This document shows, piece after piece, positions 38,853-47,755 of a stretch of DNA of 64,000 nucleotides. Origin of the DNA: a candidate division FCPU426 bacterium (lineage in GTDB: Bacteria > Oederibacteriota > Muellerivitia > Muellerivitales > Muellerivitaceae); assembly GCA_963830915.1 (NCBI GenBank), contig CAWHOE010000046.1:1-64000 (forward strand), written 5' to 3'. A program made the position numbers and the translations under genes. Position 1 is the first letter of the stretch; every line of letters begins with the position of its first letter. The notes under the pieces are model-generated. The model ran no database searches and was not told the origin of the DNA. It saw only the letters and a program-made list of their open reading frames with translations.

Positions 38853-41393
38853 TCAGCGCAGGATCAGCAGTTTCCCTTTTGTCCTAGCTTGTGGGGTTTC
38901 CACCATCAGGTAATAAAGCCCATTTGCCAAGGGTTTTCCAAACCTGTCGGTCAGATTTAAAGGGATATCGTTGGGGCCGATTGGGACATGCTGCAGGTCC
39001 ACCTCCAAGGCTTTGCGGAAGCCAAGGGTATAGACTTTGAGCTTCACCCAACTAGCCGGGTTTTCTAGGACGAAATGGATGGTGACCGTCGTCCCTGTTA
39101 CAGGGTTGGGATAGGGGATGGGGGTCGAGAATATCGCCGGTTCGGTCGCGGTCCAGGTCGGGCTAAAGGTATTGGTCGAAGTGGCCGTGAAAACAGGTGT
39201 ATCCGTAGGCGTTGGCGTGAACGAATTCGTTACGGTCGATGTGAAGGTCGGCGTAAAAGTATTTGTAACGGTGGGCGGGACAGGTGTATTCGTCAAGGTA
39301 TCGGTCAATGTACCGGTCCATGTTGAGGTCGAGGTATGGGTCTGGGTGGGGGTCAAGCTCGGCGATATGGGTGTATTGGAAGAAGTCGGAGTAGGGGGTA
39401 CGGGCGTGAGGGTCGAAGTGTTCGTCAAGGTGTAAGTGGACGTTTGGGACAGCGTCCAGGTTGGCGTCGCTGACAATGCCGAGGTGAATGTCCAGGTCGC
39501 TGTACCGATCGGATTGGTGAAGGTCGGCGTTGGCGGAACAGGTGTGAGGGTCCAAGCATTCGTCGAAGTGTAAGTAAACGTAGGCGCGATGGGTGTATTG
39601 GTTTTTGTGCTAGTCAATGCCGGCGTGGCGCTCGATGTCTCCGTGGATGACGGGGTCGAGGTGGCGGTCAAAGACAATGGGGTATTCGTCGCGCTTGGCG
39701 GTACAGGCGTAAAGGAAAAAGTCGGTGTAAAAGGCACGGGTGTACGTGTCGAAGTATTCGTTGAGGTACTTGTTGAAGTCGACGTTGCCGGAGGAGGTGT
39801 ATTGGTCCGGGTCGAGGTAAAAGTCAGGGTATTCGTTGGAGTGTTAGTTGATGTGGCGGTGTAGGTCGGTGTCAAAGTGGGTGTTTTTGAGAATGTGGAA
39901 GTAAAGGTCCATGTTCCGGTGGCCGTCCTGGTCGCCGTCGAGGAGAACGTCGGCGTGTTCGTGGGGACGAAAACCGTGGGTGTGGCGGTTGGAGGGGACG
40001 GCATGGGTACGATCTGGATGGCGTCCACCATCGCGTTATCCACGCTGGCCGGGCCAAACTGGATCGTGATGGCCCCGCCCGAAGGCGCGATATTGTTGAA
40101 AACCTCATCTAGGGCCAGGTTTGGCCCTCCAGCCGTTTTGTATATGTCGAAATTGGTCAGGACCGTGTTCCCATTGATGGAAACATTGAAAACCCTGTCC
40201 CCAGCCCCGGTCCAATAGGTCTCCGCGAACTTAAGGGTCACCTGATAAGACCCCGCCGGAACGTTGAAGACATAGGTGAATGGGCTCCCCCACCGTTGGC
40301 TCTGATAAAGGGCTTGGTCGCCCGCTCCCGGCAAGGCTCCCGTAATGGCGTTGGTCGTTACCGCCGCCGTCCCGCCTAAATAGTTCTCATCGGCGCTCCA
40401 AACATTGCCTTGGCTGTCGGTGTACTGCGGCCCGCCCGCGTTCACCCTCCAGGTGGAGGAAACAACCGGGGTGGGGGTGGGGGTCAAGGTCCCTGACGGT
40501 TGTTGATAAACCCGGACATAGTCCACCAGCATGGTCTGGGGAAAAGAAGTGCTGGCGTCCGGCGATCCAGGCCAACTTCCCCCTACCGCCATATTCAGCA
40601 GAAAAAAGAAGGGACTGTTGAACTCATAAGTGCCGCCGGCAGCGGCGGCCCCGGCCGCGGTCTGGGTCTCAAAAAGAACTCCATCCACGTAAAACTGCAC
40701 CTGATTCTGCTGCCAAAGAAGACCGAACGTATGGTAGCCGTTGTGATAAGGCGCTCCCCCGGGCAGGGTGTAGGTCCCGGTCGGGTTCCAATTGGGAGCG
40801 TGAAGGGAGCCGTGGTTGACCGTCTGGTCCGAAGCGTTCCCGATATTCTCCATGATGTCCATCTCGCCACAGACAGGCCATCCGACCGAGCCTATATTAT
40901 TCCCCAACATCCAAAAGGCCGGCCAAATGCCGTCGCCATAGGGCATCTGGATGCGGGCTTCCATATATCCGTATTGGAAACTTTGGAGGCCAGAGGTCAA
41001 AAGACGGGCGGAGGTATACCGTCCCACCGCTCCGTAATTCGTACTGCCGGGCTGAGTATCGATGGCGATGAGGGCCAGAGCTTTACCATCCGTGGCGTTG
41101 GGGTCGGCGACGACCTGGGAGTTGTTCGTGCTGGTCGTGTAGTTCTCTAATTCGTTGTTTCCCCACCCGCCGTCGCCCGTGTCGTAAGTCCAGTTGGAGG
41201 GGTTCGGGGCGCTTCCCACCGCTTCATTGAACTCGTCGCTCCAAACCAGGTTGTATCCGGCGGGAGGCATGGCCCAGGCCGCAGAGGCTGTATATAGGAG
41301 GGAGATCAAGGCCACAAATGCGCTCATGGGCGCTGACAACAATAAAGACCACCCTTTTGGATCCATCCCAATTTTCCTAATGGCGTTCTTCAT
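38853..41393 (-). CDS. GH16 (laminarinase-like beta-1,3-glucanase) + malectin + Thr/Pro linker + CTD
   Basis: LVWSDEF, GGWGNNELENY, YTSARL, WPAFWMLG, GEMDIME (EXDXXE), NMAVGGSWPG, VDYVRVYQ; malectin; CTD. Confidence 0.93.
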   Translation of the reverse strand: MKNAIRKIGMDPKGWSLLLSAPMSAFVALISLLYTASAAWAMPPAGYNLVWSDEFNEAVGSAPNPSNWTYDTGDGGWGNNELENYTTSTNNSQVVADPNATDGKALALIAIDTQPGSTNYGAVGRYTSARLLTSGLQSFQYGYMEARIQMPYGDGIWPAFWMLGNNIGSVGWPVCGEMDIMENIGNASDQTVNHGSLHAPNWNPTGTYTLPGGAPYHNGYHTFGLLWQQNQVQFYVDGVLFETQTAAGAAAAGGTYEFNSPFFFLLNMAVGGSWPGSPDASTSFPQTMLVDYVRVYQQPSGTLTPTPTPVVSSTWRVNAGGPQYTDSQGNVWSADENYLGGTAAVTTNAITGALPGAGDQALYQSQRWGSPFTYVFNVPAGSYQVTLKFAETYWTGAGDRVFNVSINGNTVLTNFDIYKTAGGPNLALDEVFNNIAPSGGAITIQFGPASVDNAMVDAIQIVPMPSPPTATPTVFVPTNTPTFSSTATRTATGTWTFTSTFSKTPTLTPTYTATSTNTPTNTLTFTSTRTNTPPPATSTSTSTSTNTSTRTPVPFTPTFSFTPVPPSATNTPLSLTATSTPSSTETSSATPALTSTKTNTPIAPTFTYTSTNAWTLTPVPPTPTFTNPIGTATWTFTSALSATPTWTLSQTSTYTLTNTSTLTPVPPTPTSSNTPISPSLTPTQTHTSTSTWTGTLTDTLTNTPVPPTVTNTFTPTFTSTVTNSFTPTPTDTPVFTATSTNTFSPTWTATEPAIFSTPIPYPNPVTGTTVTIHFVLENPASWVKLKVYTLGFRKALEVDLQHVPIGPNDIPLNLTDRFGKPLANGLYYLMVETPQARTKGKLLILR

Positions 41394-41543
41394 GCTTTCT
41401 CCGCTAAAAATGATTCAAGGCCAACCGTCAAGCGGCCCTATCTTGTTATGTTTTAGAGTTTACTCCGCCGGTTCAAATACACCATGTACAGGAATGACCA
41501 ATGGATGGAAGATTTTGACAGGATTCAAAAAAACGGTTTAACG

Positions 41544-42434
41544 TTAGGAACGTGGATCTTTGTGGGGCTTGTGGTAGGGACTGTTATAGAGGGTCTGAAC
41601 GATCGGGTTCTTTTGGGTGATCCACTCGTTCAATTTGGACACCTTGAAATCCTTGGGCGACAGGCCATAGACCTTCTTGAAACTTTTGGAAAGATGGAAA
41701 GCGTCGTAGAAACCGGTGGAAGCGGCGATCTGCTTGAGGTTTTGATTGCTCCGCCTCAGCAGATTGGCGGCCCGATCCAACCGGACCAACTTGGCGTATT
41801 CCAGCGGGCCCAGATGGAGGGACTTCTGGAAAAGCCGGCACAGGTTCTCGGGGGAGGAATGGACCACCCTGGCCAACTCCGTCAGGCTTAGGTGTTCGGG
41901 CGGGTCCAGGGACGTCTTGCGGGTGATGACCTCCACTGAGCGCTGGACCAATTCAGGCAATTGGGACGCCAGTTGGGGTTTCACCCCGACCTGTCCGGTT
42001 ATATAACTTCTCAACATTAATTCCAGGGTCGGGACCATCAACTCGGTCCGCCGGGGCTCCTTCTGGGTATCCAGTTTCAGCAGATAGTTGAACAGGGGAC
42101 GCAGTACATCGTTGCTCGTCATGGTCCTGGAAGCGGGCACACCTTTTCGGGGTATGGAAAAACCGCCCCTCGCCGGGACCTGGAACTGCACATAGGCGTG
42201 GACCGTCCGGCTCTTGGTCGACCATTCGTAGTAGTCCCGGACCCCCGGCCGCCGGAAAAGGATGGCGCCTTCCTTCCCATAGACCACCGCCTGGCCGAAG
42301 GCCGCCTTCACTTCCCCTTCCATGATCCAGATGAGCTCATAGTTGTCGGATAACCTCGGGCCATAAGTGGCGCCGATCGGGTCGGCGGTGACACCGGTGA
42401 CCACGACCCAGAGGGATGAGAGGGATTTTTTCAA
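41544..42434 (-). CDS. AraC-family regulator with cupin-type N-terminus
   Basis: YELIWIMEG; LSLTELARVVHSSPENLCRLF...RLDRAANLL...IAASTGFYDAFHLSKSFKKVYGLSPKDF. Confidence 0.9.
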   Translation of the reverse strand: MKKSLSSLWVVVTGVTADPIGATYGPRLSDNYELIWIMEGEVKAAFGQAVVYGKEGAILFRRPGVRDYYEWSTKSRTVHAYVQFQVPARGGFSIPRKGVPASRTMTSNDVLRPLFNYLLKLDTQKEPRRTELMVPTLELMLRSYITGQVGVKPQLASQLPELVQRSVEVITRKTSLDPPEHLSLTELARVVHSSPENLCRLFQKSLHLGPLEYAKLVRLDRAANLLRRSNQNLKQIAASTGFYDAFHLSKSFKKVYGLSPKDFKVSKLNEWITQKNPIVQTLYNSPYHKPHKDPRS

Positions 42435-42528
42435 AACGGCTCCTTCAAGAGGATACCTTTATAATCCCTCGAAACCGCCCTCAAAACAACTTTCAAAATT
42501 CCCTTACCTCAATGCTTGATCATCACTT

Positions 42529-42738
42529 TCAGGACCTTTCGTCCTTATCCAACCTCTTCATTTTTTCGGTGTATTGGAGGTACAGGCTATCCAACTGGGC
42601 GTCGGTGAGTTTTTCATCTTCAGAACCGTTAAGTTTTGACCATTTCTCGAACTTTTCAAGTTCTTCGGCGACATCGTTCAATTCACGCCGGGTTTTGGCG
42701 TTATAAATGGCGCCACGCCAGAACGGAAAATCCCTCAA
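42529..42738 (-). CDS. Hypothetical protein
   Basis: 69-aa charged helical ORF with an AAGGGAAG RBS; family not recognised. Confidence 0.45.
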   Translation of the reverse strand: MRDFPFWRGAIYNAKTRRELNDVAEELEKFEKWSKLNGSEDEKLTDAQLDSLYLQYTEKMKRLDKDERS

Positions 42739-42763
42739 GACCGCATCTTCCCTTTTTCCACGA

Positions 42764-43060
42764 TCAATTCACATGCATGAGAATCTTTATACCTAGCGGG
42801 GTGATAAAAACCTCGTCCTCAAGCTTAAAGCCTACCCATCCGGAGTCACAAAAATGCTCCAGGACCAATCTCAGTTTGAGTGTATTCCAGCCTAAAGTCC
42901 TCGGCAATTCATCCTTGGAAATGGCATCCACCCCTTGGATGTAGTTGTGATCTCTCAAGTAGATCAATACCGACATTTCTTCGCTGGGTGTTATTGGAGG
43001 CAATGGATTTGACCATTCGGCCACAATTGATCCTTTAAATGAAATCCACACGGTCGACAC
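42764..43060 (-). CDS. Hypothetical protein, possibly winged-helix (start uncertain)
   Basis: VLIYLRD...ISKDELPRTLGW...LRLVLEHFCDSGWV...VFITPLGIKIL resembles a wHTH. Confidence 0.4.
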   Translation of the reverse strand: MSTVWISFKGSIVAEWSNPLPPITPSEEMSVLIYLRDHNYIQGVDAISKDELPRTLGWNTLKLRLVLEHFCDSGWVGFKLEDEVFITPLGIKILMHVN

Positions 43061-43206
43061 GGCTTTTTGGCGAGATACTTTTTAGGCAGTTTCAAACTTT
43101 GTTCATCGATAAAACCGAATCAAAATCGGCATATATGGGATATATACGATTCACACCTTGAAATTACCAAACGAACATCACAAGCTTATATAAGAAGCCA
43201 CAATTT

Positions 43207-43230
43207 AAAACTGGCATATATGCCGGTTTT
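43207..43230. promoter_or_regulatory. 24-bp palindromic operator candidate upstream of the XRE gene
   Basis: AAAACTGGCATATATGCCGGTTTT (one T.G pair); partial copy AAAATCGGCATATATGG at 43122-43138. Confidence 0.55.
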
Positions 43231-43255
43231 TTGACCAGTGTGTTTCTAGGATGAT

Positions 43256-43543
43256 GTGGTGATGAAGATGAATGAAAAACAGTTCGAACAGCTCAAAAAG
43301 AATTTAGGCAGGCGGATAGGGGAATTACGGGCCCAGAGGAGATTTACCCAAGCCCAATTCGCCGAAAAGTTGGAAAGATCCGTCAGTGTGATCCAGGCTT
43401 GGGAAACAGGCCGAAATTTCACCATCAAGACCCTATTTCTCATTACAACGACCCTGAATTATCCCATAAAAGAGATATTCAAAAAACCGGTCAAACCCAT
43501 GCCCAAACGCGGTCGGCCCCGCCACGATACCCGCCACAAATAA
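43256..43543 (+). CDS. XRE/Cro-family HTH regulator
   Basis: LGRRIGELRAQRRFTQAQFAEKLERSVSVIQAWETGRNFTIKTL. Confidence 0.85.
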   Translation: MVMKMNEKQFEQLKKNLGRRIGELRAQRRFTQAQFAEKLERSVSVIQAWETGRNFTIKTLFLITTTLNYPIKEIFKKPVKPMPKRGRPRHDTRHK

Positions 43544-43600
43544 AGCCTAAGCCGCGCCGAGGTTCCTTGGGGCTAAGAAAACCACGCCAATCCTGGTTAC

Positions 43601-44481
43601 CTATCCGTTCATCCTTTTGACCCGGTCCTGAACTTCCTTTTCAAAACGTTCCATATAGCCCTTCACATAGTTCATCAGGTCCAGTTTCTCATCCCGAACC
43701 AGGGGCGTCAGGTCCATGCCCCAGATCAGAGCCTGATGCTCATCCACCTCATGGCTTTCGAAGAAGGTGGCGTTGGCCAGCCGTCTTCCCTTCACCGCCG
43801 CGTCATACCTTTTGCCCCCGGCGATCTGGGATTCGAACACGCCCATCAACACATCCCCTAACTCATCCCCGCCGTCCACCGGCATCACCACCTTGTCCGG
43901 ATCGCAGAGCCAATCCAGGTTGCGCCAAACCTCGCAACCGATGACCTTCTTGGGCCGGTCCTTTTTGGGAAGGGTCCGGACCGCCGTGATGAGTCGTGAG
44001 ACCACCGCTACATGGGTATCATGCTTGTCCGCCAGGTTGTGGGTATAGACGACCTGGGGCCGGCAGGCCTTGAGGATGGCGACGTAATCCTTGATGACCG
44101 ACTGGTTCTTGGTGTCCTTGACGGCCTTGCTGGGATGGTCGAGGAGGAATTGGGCCGAGTAATCCCCGATCACGGCCGCTTTTTTTGCTCCTCACGCCGA
44201 ACGGCCATCATTTGAGCGTCCGTATATTGGGCGTAGGGCCCGCTCCTGGCGCTCCCCGCTCCATCGGTGGTCACCACCCCGGTGAACCACTTGTCCTTCT
44301 TCCCGAAACATTCCAGGATGCCATGGTAGGCCATGAATTCCAGGTCGTCCGCGTGGGCCGAGATACCCAGGTGGGTGGTACGTTTCAAGGCCGAAGCGAT
44401 CGGAATACCGTCCGGGACATAGACTTCCCCGCCTTTATTCATCAAACGGATCGAGGTTTTAGAGTTCTTTTTCATCGTCAT
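43601..44481 (-). CDS. PIG-L/LmbE-family deacetylase (indel in the T7 run at 44180-44186)
   Basis: SAHADDLE, TDGAGS, RREEQ; adding one A gives KKAAVIGDY...VYTHNLADKHDTH (HxDD and HxxH metal motifs). Confidence 0.85.
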
Positions 44482-44486
44482 CCTTT

Positions 44487-45896
44487 TTATTTATTGATCC
44501 TGGGCAGGCTGGCCGCGGCGATGGCCTGGCCCACCCTTCGGCTCGCCTCGTCCGGCAGGTGGATCTGGATCCTCTCGGCCAGGACCCGATCCTCGGCCCG
44601 AAGGACTTCCCTGGCCTTGGAAAGGATGATCTCCCCGCCGACCCCCGAGGTCACCCGCCCCAGGATCAAGACCTGTTTCATCTTGTAAAAAGAAGCGTAT
44701 TGGGCCAGGGCGTAGCCCAGGTAGACCCCGATGGTCTGGAAGATGGGCAACACCTTTTCCGGCTGGGTCTTCAACAGTTCCTGGACCCGCTTGAGCTTGG
44801 CCCCGGGATTCATTCCCGCCTCGAATTCCACCCCCACTTTGGGCGCCAGCCGGATGACCGCGTCCTGGGAGAAATAATTCACGCCCGTCCCCGCGTCCCC
44901 CGACCATTCCACGTCCACCGGCGCCTGGTCCGAGTAATCCACCGGTGCGAAGGCCAGTTCGTTCAGCCAGCCCGTGATGGAACCTCTTTCGTCCACGTAG
45001 CCCACCGCCTGGCTGGTCCCCATGGCGATGCCCAGGACCGGCTGATCGTTGAGGCTCATGGCCCCGGCCAGGGCCGTTACGTCGCCGTCATTGGCCACCT
45101 CGATAGGCACGTTCCCCCACTTCCTGGCGATATCGGGATAGAGGTTCTTGATCCTTTTTTCGAATTGGTCGACCGGGACCTTCCGGAACAGGGAGGCCAC
45201 CCTGGTCTTGTTGTCGATGAAGATGCCGGCCGAGGAAACCCCGATGGCGTCGATACGGGGCAGGTGCTCGGCGGCCAGGCGTATGGAATCATCCACCCCG
45301 TCGAAATGGTATTGGGGATCGGTCTGGATCTTCGGTTCCCATACCACCTCGCAGGAAAAGACTTCCTTGCCGTCGATGACCGCCGCAACCTTCCGGTCGC
45401 TTCCGCCGGCGTCGAACCCGACGCGGCATCCTTCCAGGTGACGGCCCAGGGGGGCGGCCTTCTCTATTTCCTCGGGAAAATCCTTTTCTGTTGTTTCCAC
45501 GACTTCGAAGTTGGGTTTCTCATAGACGCCCGCCATAAATTCCCCATCGAAGGCCCTGGGACCCGTGGGTGAATAAGCCTTTTTCAAATGGGCCGCCACC
45601 TCATGCGAGCCAGTCACAAAAACCTTGGCTCCACCTTTTTGCCACAGCAGGAATTTGAGGACCCGTTCGGCGTATCGAAGGTTCAAATGGGCTTGTGGAT
45701 GGTCCTTGGGAAGGATGGCGCTGTGGAAAACCGAGACGCTACCGGCCGACCTTTCCAGGGCCAGGCCCAGCATCAAAGGTTTGCCCGTCTTGATGGCCGC
45801 TTCCTGAAAAGCCTTGTTGCCCAAATAGGCGGGACGGAAATCTTGGTCCAGAGTTGGAGTTATCTTGGGTTTAATTTCCAGTAAGGATTCGGGCAT
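44487..45896 (-). CDS. ROK-family sugar kinase
   Basis: GFDAGGSDRK, IGVSSAG, VANDGDVTALAG, MGTS, NELAF. Confidence 0.85.
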   Translation of the reverse strand: MPESLLEIKPKITPTLDQDFRPAYLGNKAFQEAAIKTGKPLMLGLALERSAGSVSVFHSAILPKDHPQAHLNLRYAERVLKFLLWQKGGAKVFVTGSHEVAAHLKKAYSPTGPRAFDGEFMAGVYEKPNFEVVETTEKDFPEEIEKAAPLGRHLEGCRVGFDAGGSDRKVAAVIDGKEVFSCEVVWEPKIQTDPQYHFDGVDDSIRLAAEHLPRIDAIGVSSAGIFIDNKTRVASLFRKVPVDQFEKRIKNLYPDIARKWGNVPIEVANDGDVTALAGAMSLNDQPVLGIAMGTSQAVGYVDERGSITGWLNELAFAPVDYSDQAPVDVEWSGDAGTGVNYFSQDAVIRLAPKVGVEFEAGMNPGAKLKRVQELLKTQPEKVLPIFQTIGVYLGYALAQYASFYKMKQVLILGRVTSGVGGEIILSKAREVLRAEDRVLAERIQIHLPDEASRRVGQAIAAASLPRINK

Positions 45897-45905
45897 GGGG
45901 GAACC

Positions 45906-47579
45906 TCATTTACCTTGGGTTGTTGTAGCAACTTTCGCCTTTTCAGCCGTTACCACGTTCTGGTTATAACTGGGCAGGACTCTGATAGAAGCGACCTGGA
46001 CCCCGATCTTGGGATCCTTTCCCGGCGCGTGATTCAAGGCGAATTCCAGGACCCTGTTCCACTTGAAGGGACCCGAAACGTTCTGTTTGGAGGCTGCGTC
46101 CCAGCGTCGGCCTTCCGTGGGAAAATCAGCCAGGGGAATGGTCACCAGGGTCCAGCCGTTGGTCACCTGGGCGTACTGTGCCAGGGGCAATGTTATCTGC
46201 AGGTCGTATTTTTCGTCATCCGTCAGGCCCTTTTCCATGACGAAACCCACATCGACCAACTCCCCGCCTTTGGAACCCCTGATATAGAACTGCAAGGCTC
46301 CTTTATCCACATAAGCCGAAAGGTTCTTGCGGTCCACTCCAATACCAGCCCCGGACCAATCGTCCCCCTTCAAGGTCATATCCACCCAACGCCTTCCATT
46401 TTGTTCGACCACTGCGATCTTGGAATCAGGCTCGGGATAAACGTAGGTATAGCTAGGAGGAAGGCCGTCCGTTACGAAATCCTTGGGTCCGGAAGAGTCC
46501 GCCGTGCCCGAACCAGCGGGCAAAAGGGCCACCGTCGCTGTGGCCGCTTTTTGGAAAACATCCCAGAACTGCGGGTCTTCGCATCCGAAATACCAGACAG
46601 CCACACCCGCCAATTTATAACGCTTAGCGATATCGGCCTTGGGATAGAAGGATTGGGCGTCCGGGATCCAGGCCTCATGCCGGTCCCCGTAATCCAGTTT
46701 GAGTTCCTGGCTGTTATCCGTGTCGCGGACCGGCTGGGCGTTGTTCTTGTCGCAAAGAGCTTTGAATTGGTCCCAGGTTATCGTGTCCCCCTGGTTGAAT
46801 TTCCAGTCATAACCATAGGTCGGTACCCCTTCCTCCACCTTGCCCGCCCCGACGGCGGACGCGGCGTAGCGGATGATGGTTTCCGTCCATTCGGGCGCCG
46901 CGATGGGCCCGGCGGTCGAGGTATTCCAATGTTGGTCGTAGGTCATGGGGACCATCTCGTCCACGGCCTTGCCGATGGCCTCATAATCCTGGGCCTTGGG
47001 ACCATCCCAGGTCCCCACTGAGTCGGACTTGCCATGGACCGCGATGCCAGCCAGAAGTTTGTTCTTATGGCAAGCGGAGGCAAAACGGGTCATAAAATTC
47101 GTGAAAGCGTCCTTGTCAGCGGCTTTCAGGTTCTCATAGTCGATCTGGATACCCTTCACCTTTTCCTTCTTGGCGATCTTGATCAGGGCGGCGATATGCT
47201 TCTTCTCCAGGTCCGGGTCATAAAGGAACTTCTGGATGCGTTTGGCGTCGTGGTCCATGATCTCGTTGCTCCAGTTGCCGATCATGAACCAGGTCTGGCA
47301 TCTGCCCTTCTTGGCCGCGGCCATGGCCCGCGCCTTCAGTTCACGCGTGGCTTCCTTCACAGCCTCGGGCATCCCATCGGCTCCGCATTTGAACCACTCG
47401 AAATAGACCCGGTCGATCACGGAAGCGTGTTTTTCGAAAACATCGAGTGATTGATTATCCTTATCCCAGAATATGACCCAACCCGCCAGACCGAGGGGAC
47501 CCTTGTTCTTGAGAGGGGCGGCCAAAAGCAACCCAGGCAGTAAGATGAGGACTGTCAGGATATGAAAAGTTCGTTTCAT
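45906..47579 (-). CDS. GH18 (SleL/YaaH-like) hydrolase + C-terminal CBM-like domain; signal peptide, no CTD
   Basis: GIQIDYE, DYEAIG, PMTYDQH, GPIA, GVPTYGYDW, LAGVAVW; C-terminal DWSGAGI...LQFYIRGSKGGE...WTLVTIPLADF. Confidence 0.85.
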   Translation of the reverse strand: MKRTFHILTVLILLPGLLLAAPLKNKGPLGLAGWVIFWDKDNQSLDVFEKHASVIDRVYFEWFKCGADGMPEAVKEATRELKARAMAAAKKGRCQTWFMIGNWSNEIMDHDAKRIQKFLYDPDLEKKHIAALIKIAKKEKVKGIQIDYENLKAADKDAFTNFMTRFASACHKNKLLAGIAVHGKSDSVGTWDGPKAQDYEAIGKAVDEMVPMTYDQHWNTSTAGPIAAPEWTETIIRYAASAVGAGKVEEGVPTYGYDWKFNQGDTITWDQFKALCDKNNAQPVRDTDNSQELKLDYGDRHEAWIPDAQSFYPKADIAKRYKLAGVAVWYFGCEDPQFWDVFQKAATATVALLPAGSGTADSSGPKDFVTDGLPPSYTYVYPEPDSKIAVVEQNGRRWVDMTLKGDDWSGAGIGVDRKNLSAYVDKGALQFYIRGSKGGELVDVGFVMEKGLTDDEKYDLQITLPLAQYAQVTNGWTLVTIPLADFPTEGRRWDAASKQNVSGPFKWNRVLEFALNHAPGKDPKIGVQVASIRVLPSYNQNVVTAEKAKVATTTQGK

Positions 47580-47603
47580 GCTTCCTCCCAATGAAAACTA
47601 TTT

Positions 47604-47737
47604 AACCACCAAGTTCACCAAGGGCACCAAGAAAACCAAAAATTTTTAATGAATCCTTCCCAAACCGGGTCCAATTCGGTTATAGGTTTTCACAAAAAGT
47701 ATTTAGCCTTCTTGGTGCCCTTGGTGTCCTTGGTGGT
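47604..47737. repeat. (CACCAAG)x3 inverted-repeat element, copy C
   Basis: Left AACCACCAAGTTCACCAAGGGCACCAAGAA; right TTCTTGGTGCCCTTGGTGTCCTTGGTGGT; AT-rich spacer. Confidence 0.85.
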
Positions 47738-47755
47738 CAATATTTTTTTTTACCA

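Noticed and set aside
2078..40218. Many Val/Gly-rich + strand ORFs (e.g. 2078-2842, 4846-5439, 12160-12861, 35685-36179)
   Set aside because: Antisense shadows of Thr/Pro linker codons (ACN/CCN read as Val/Gly); no independent coding evidence.
1335..41393. Cellulosome or SusC/D polysaccharide utilisation locus
   Set aside because: No cohesin, dockerin, SLH, TonB-dependent receptor or SusD recognised in the window.
44170..44190. Programmed frameshift at the A7 run in the PIG-L gene
   Set aside because: One of nine similar indels across unrelated genes; sequencing error is more parsimonious.
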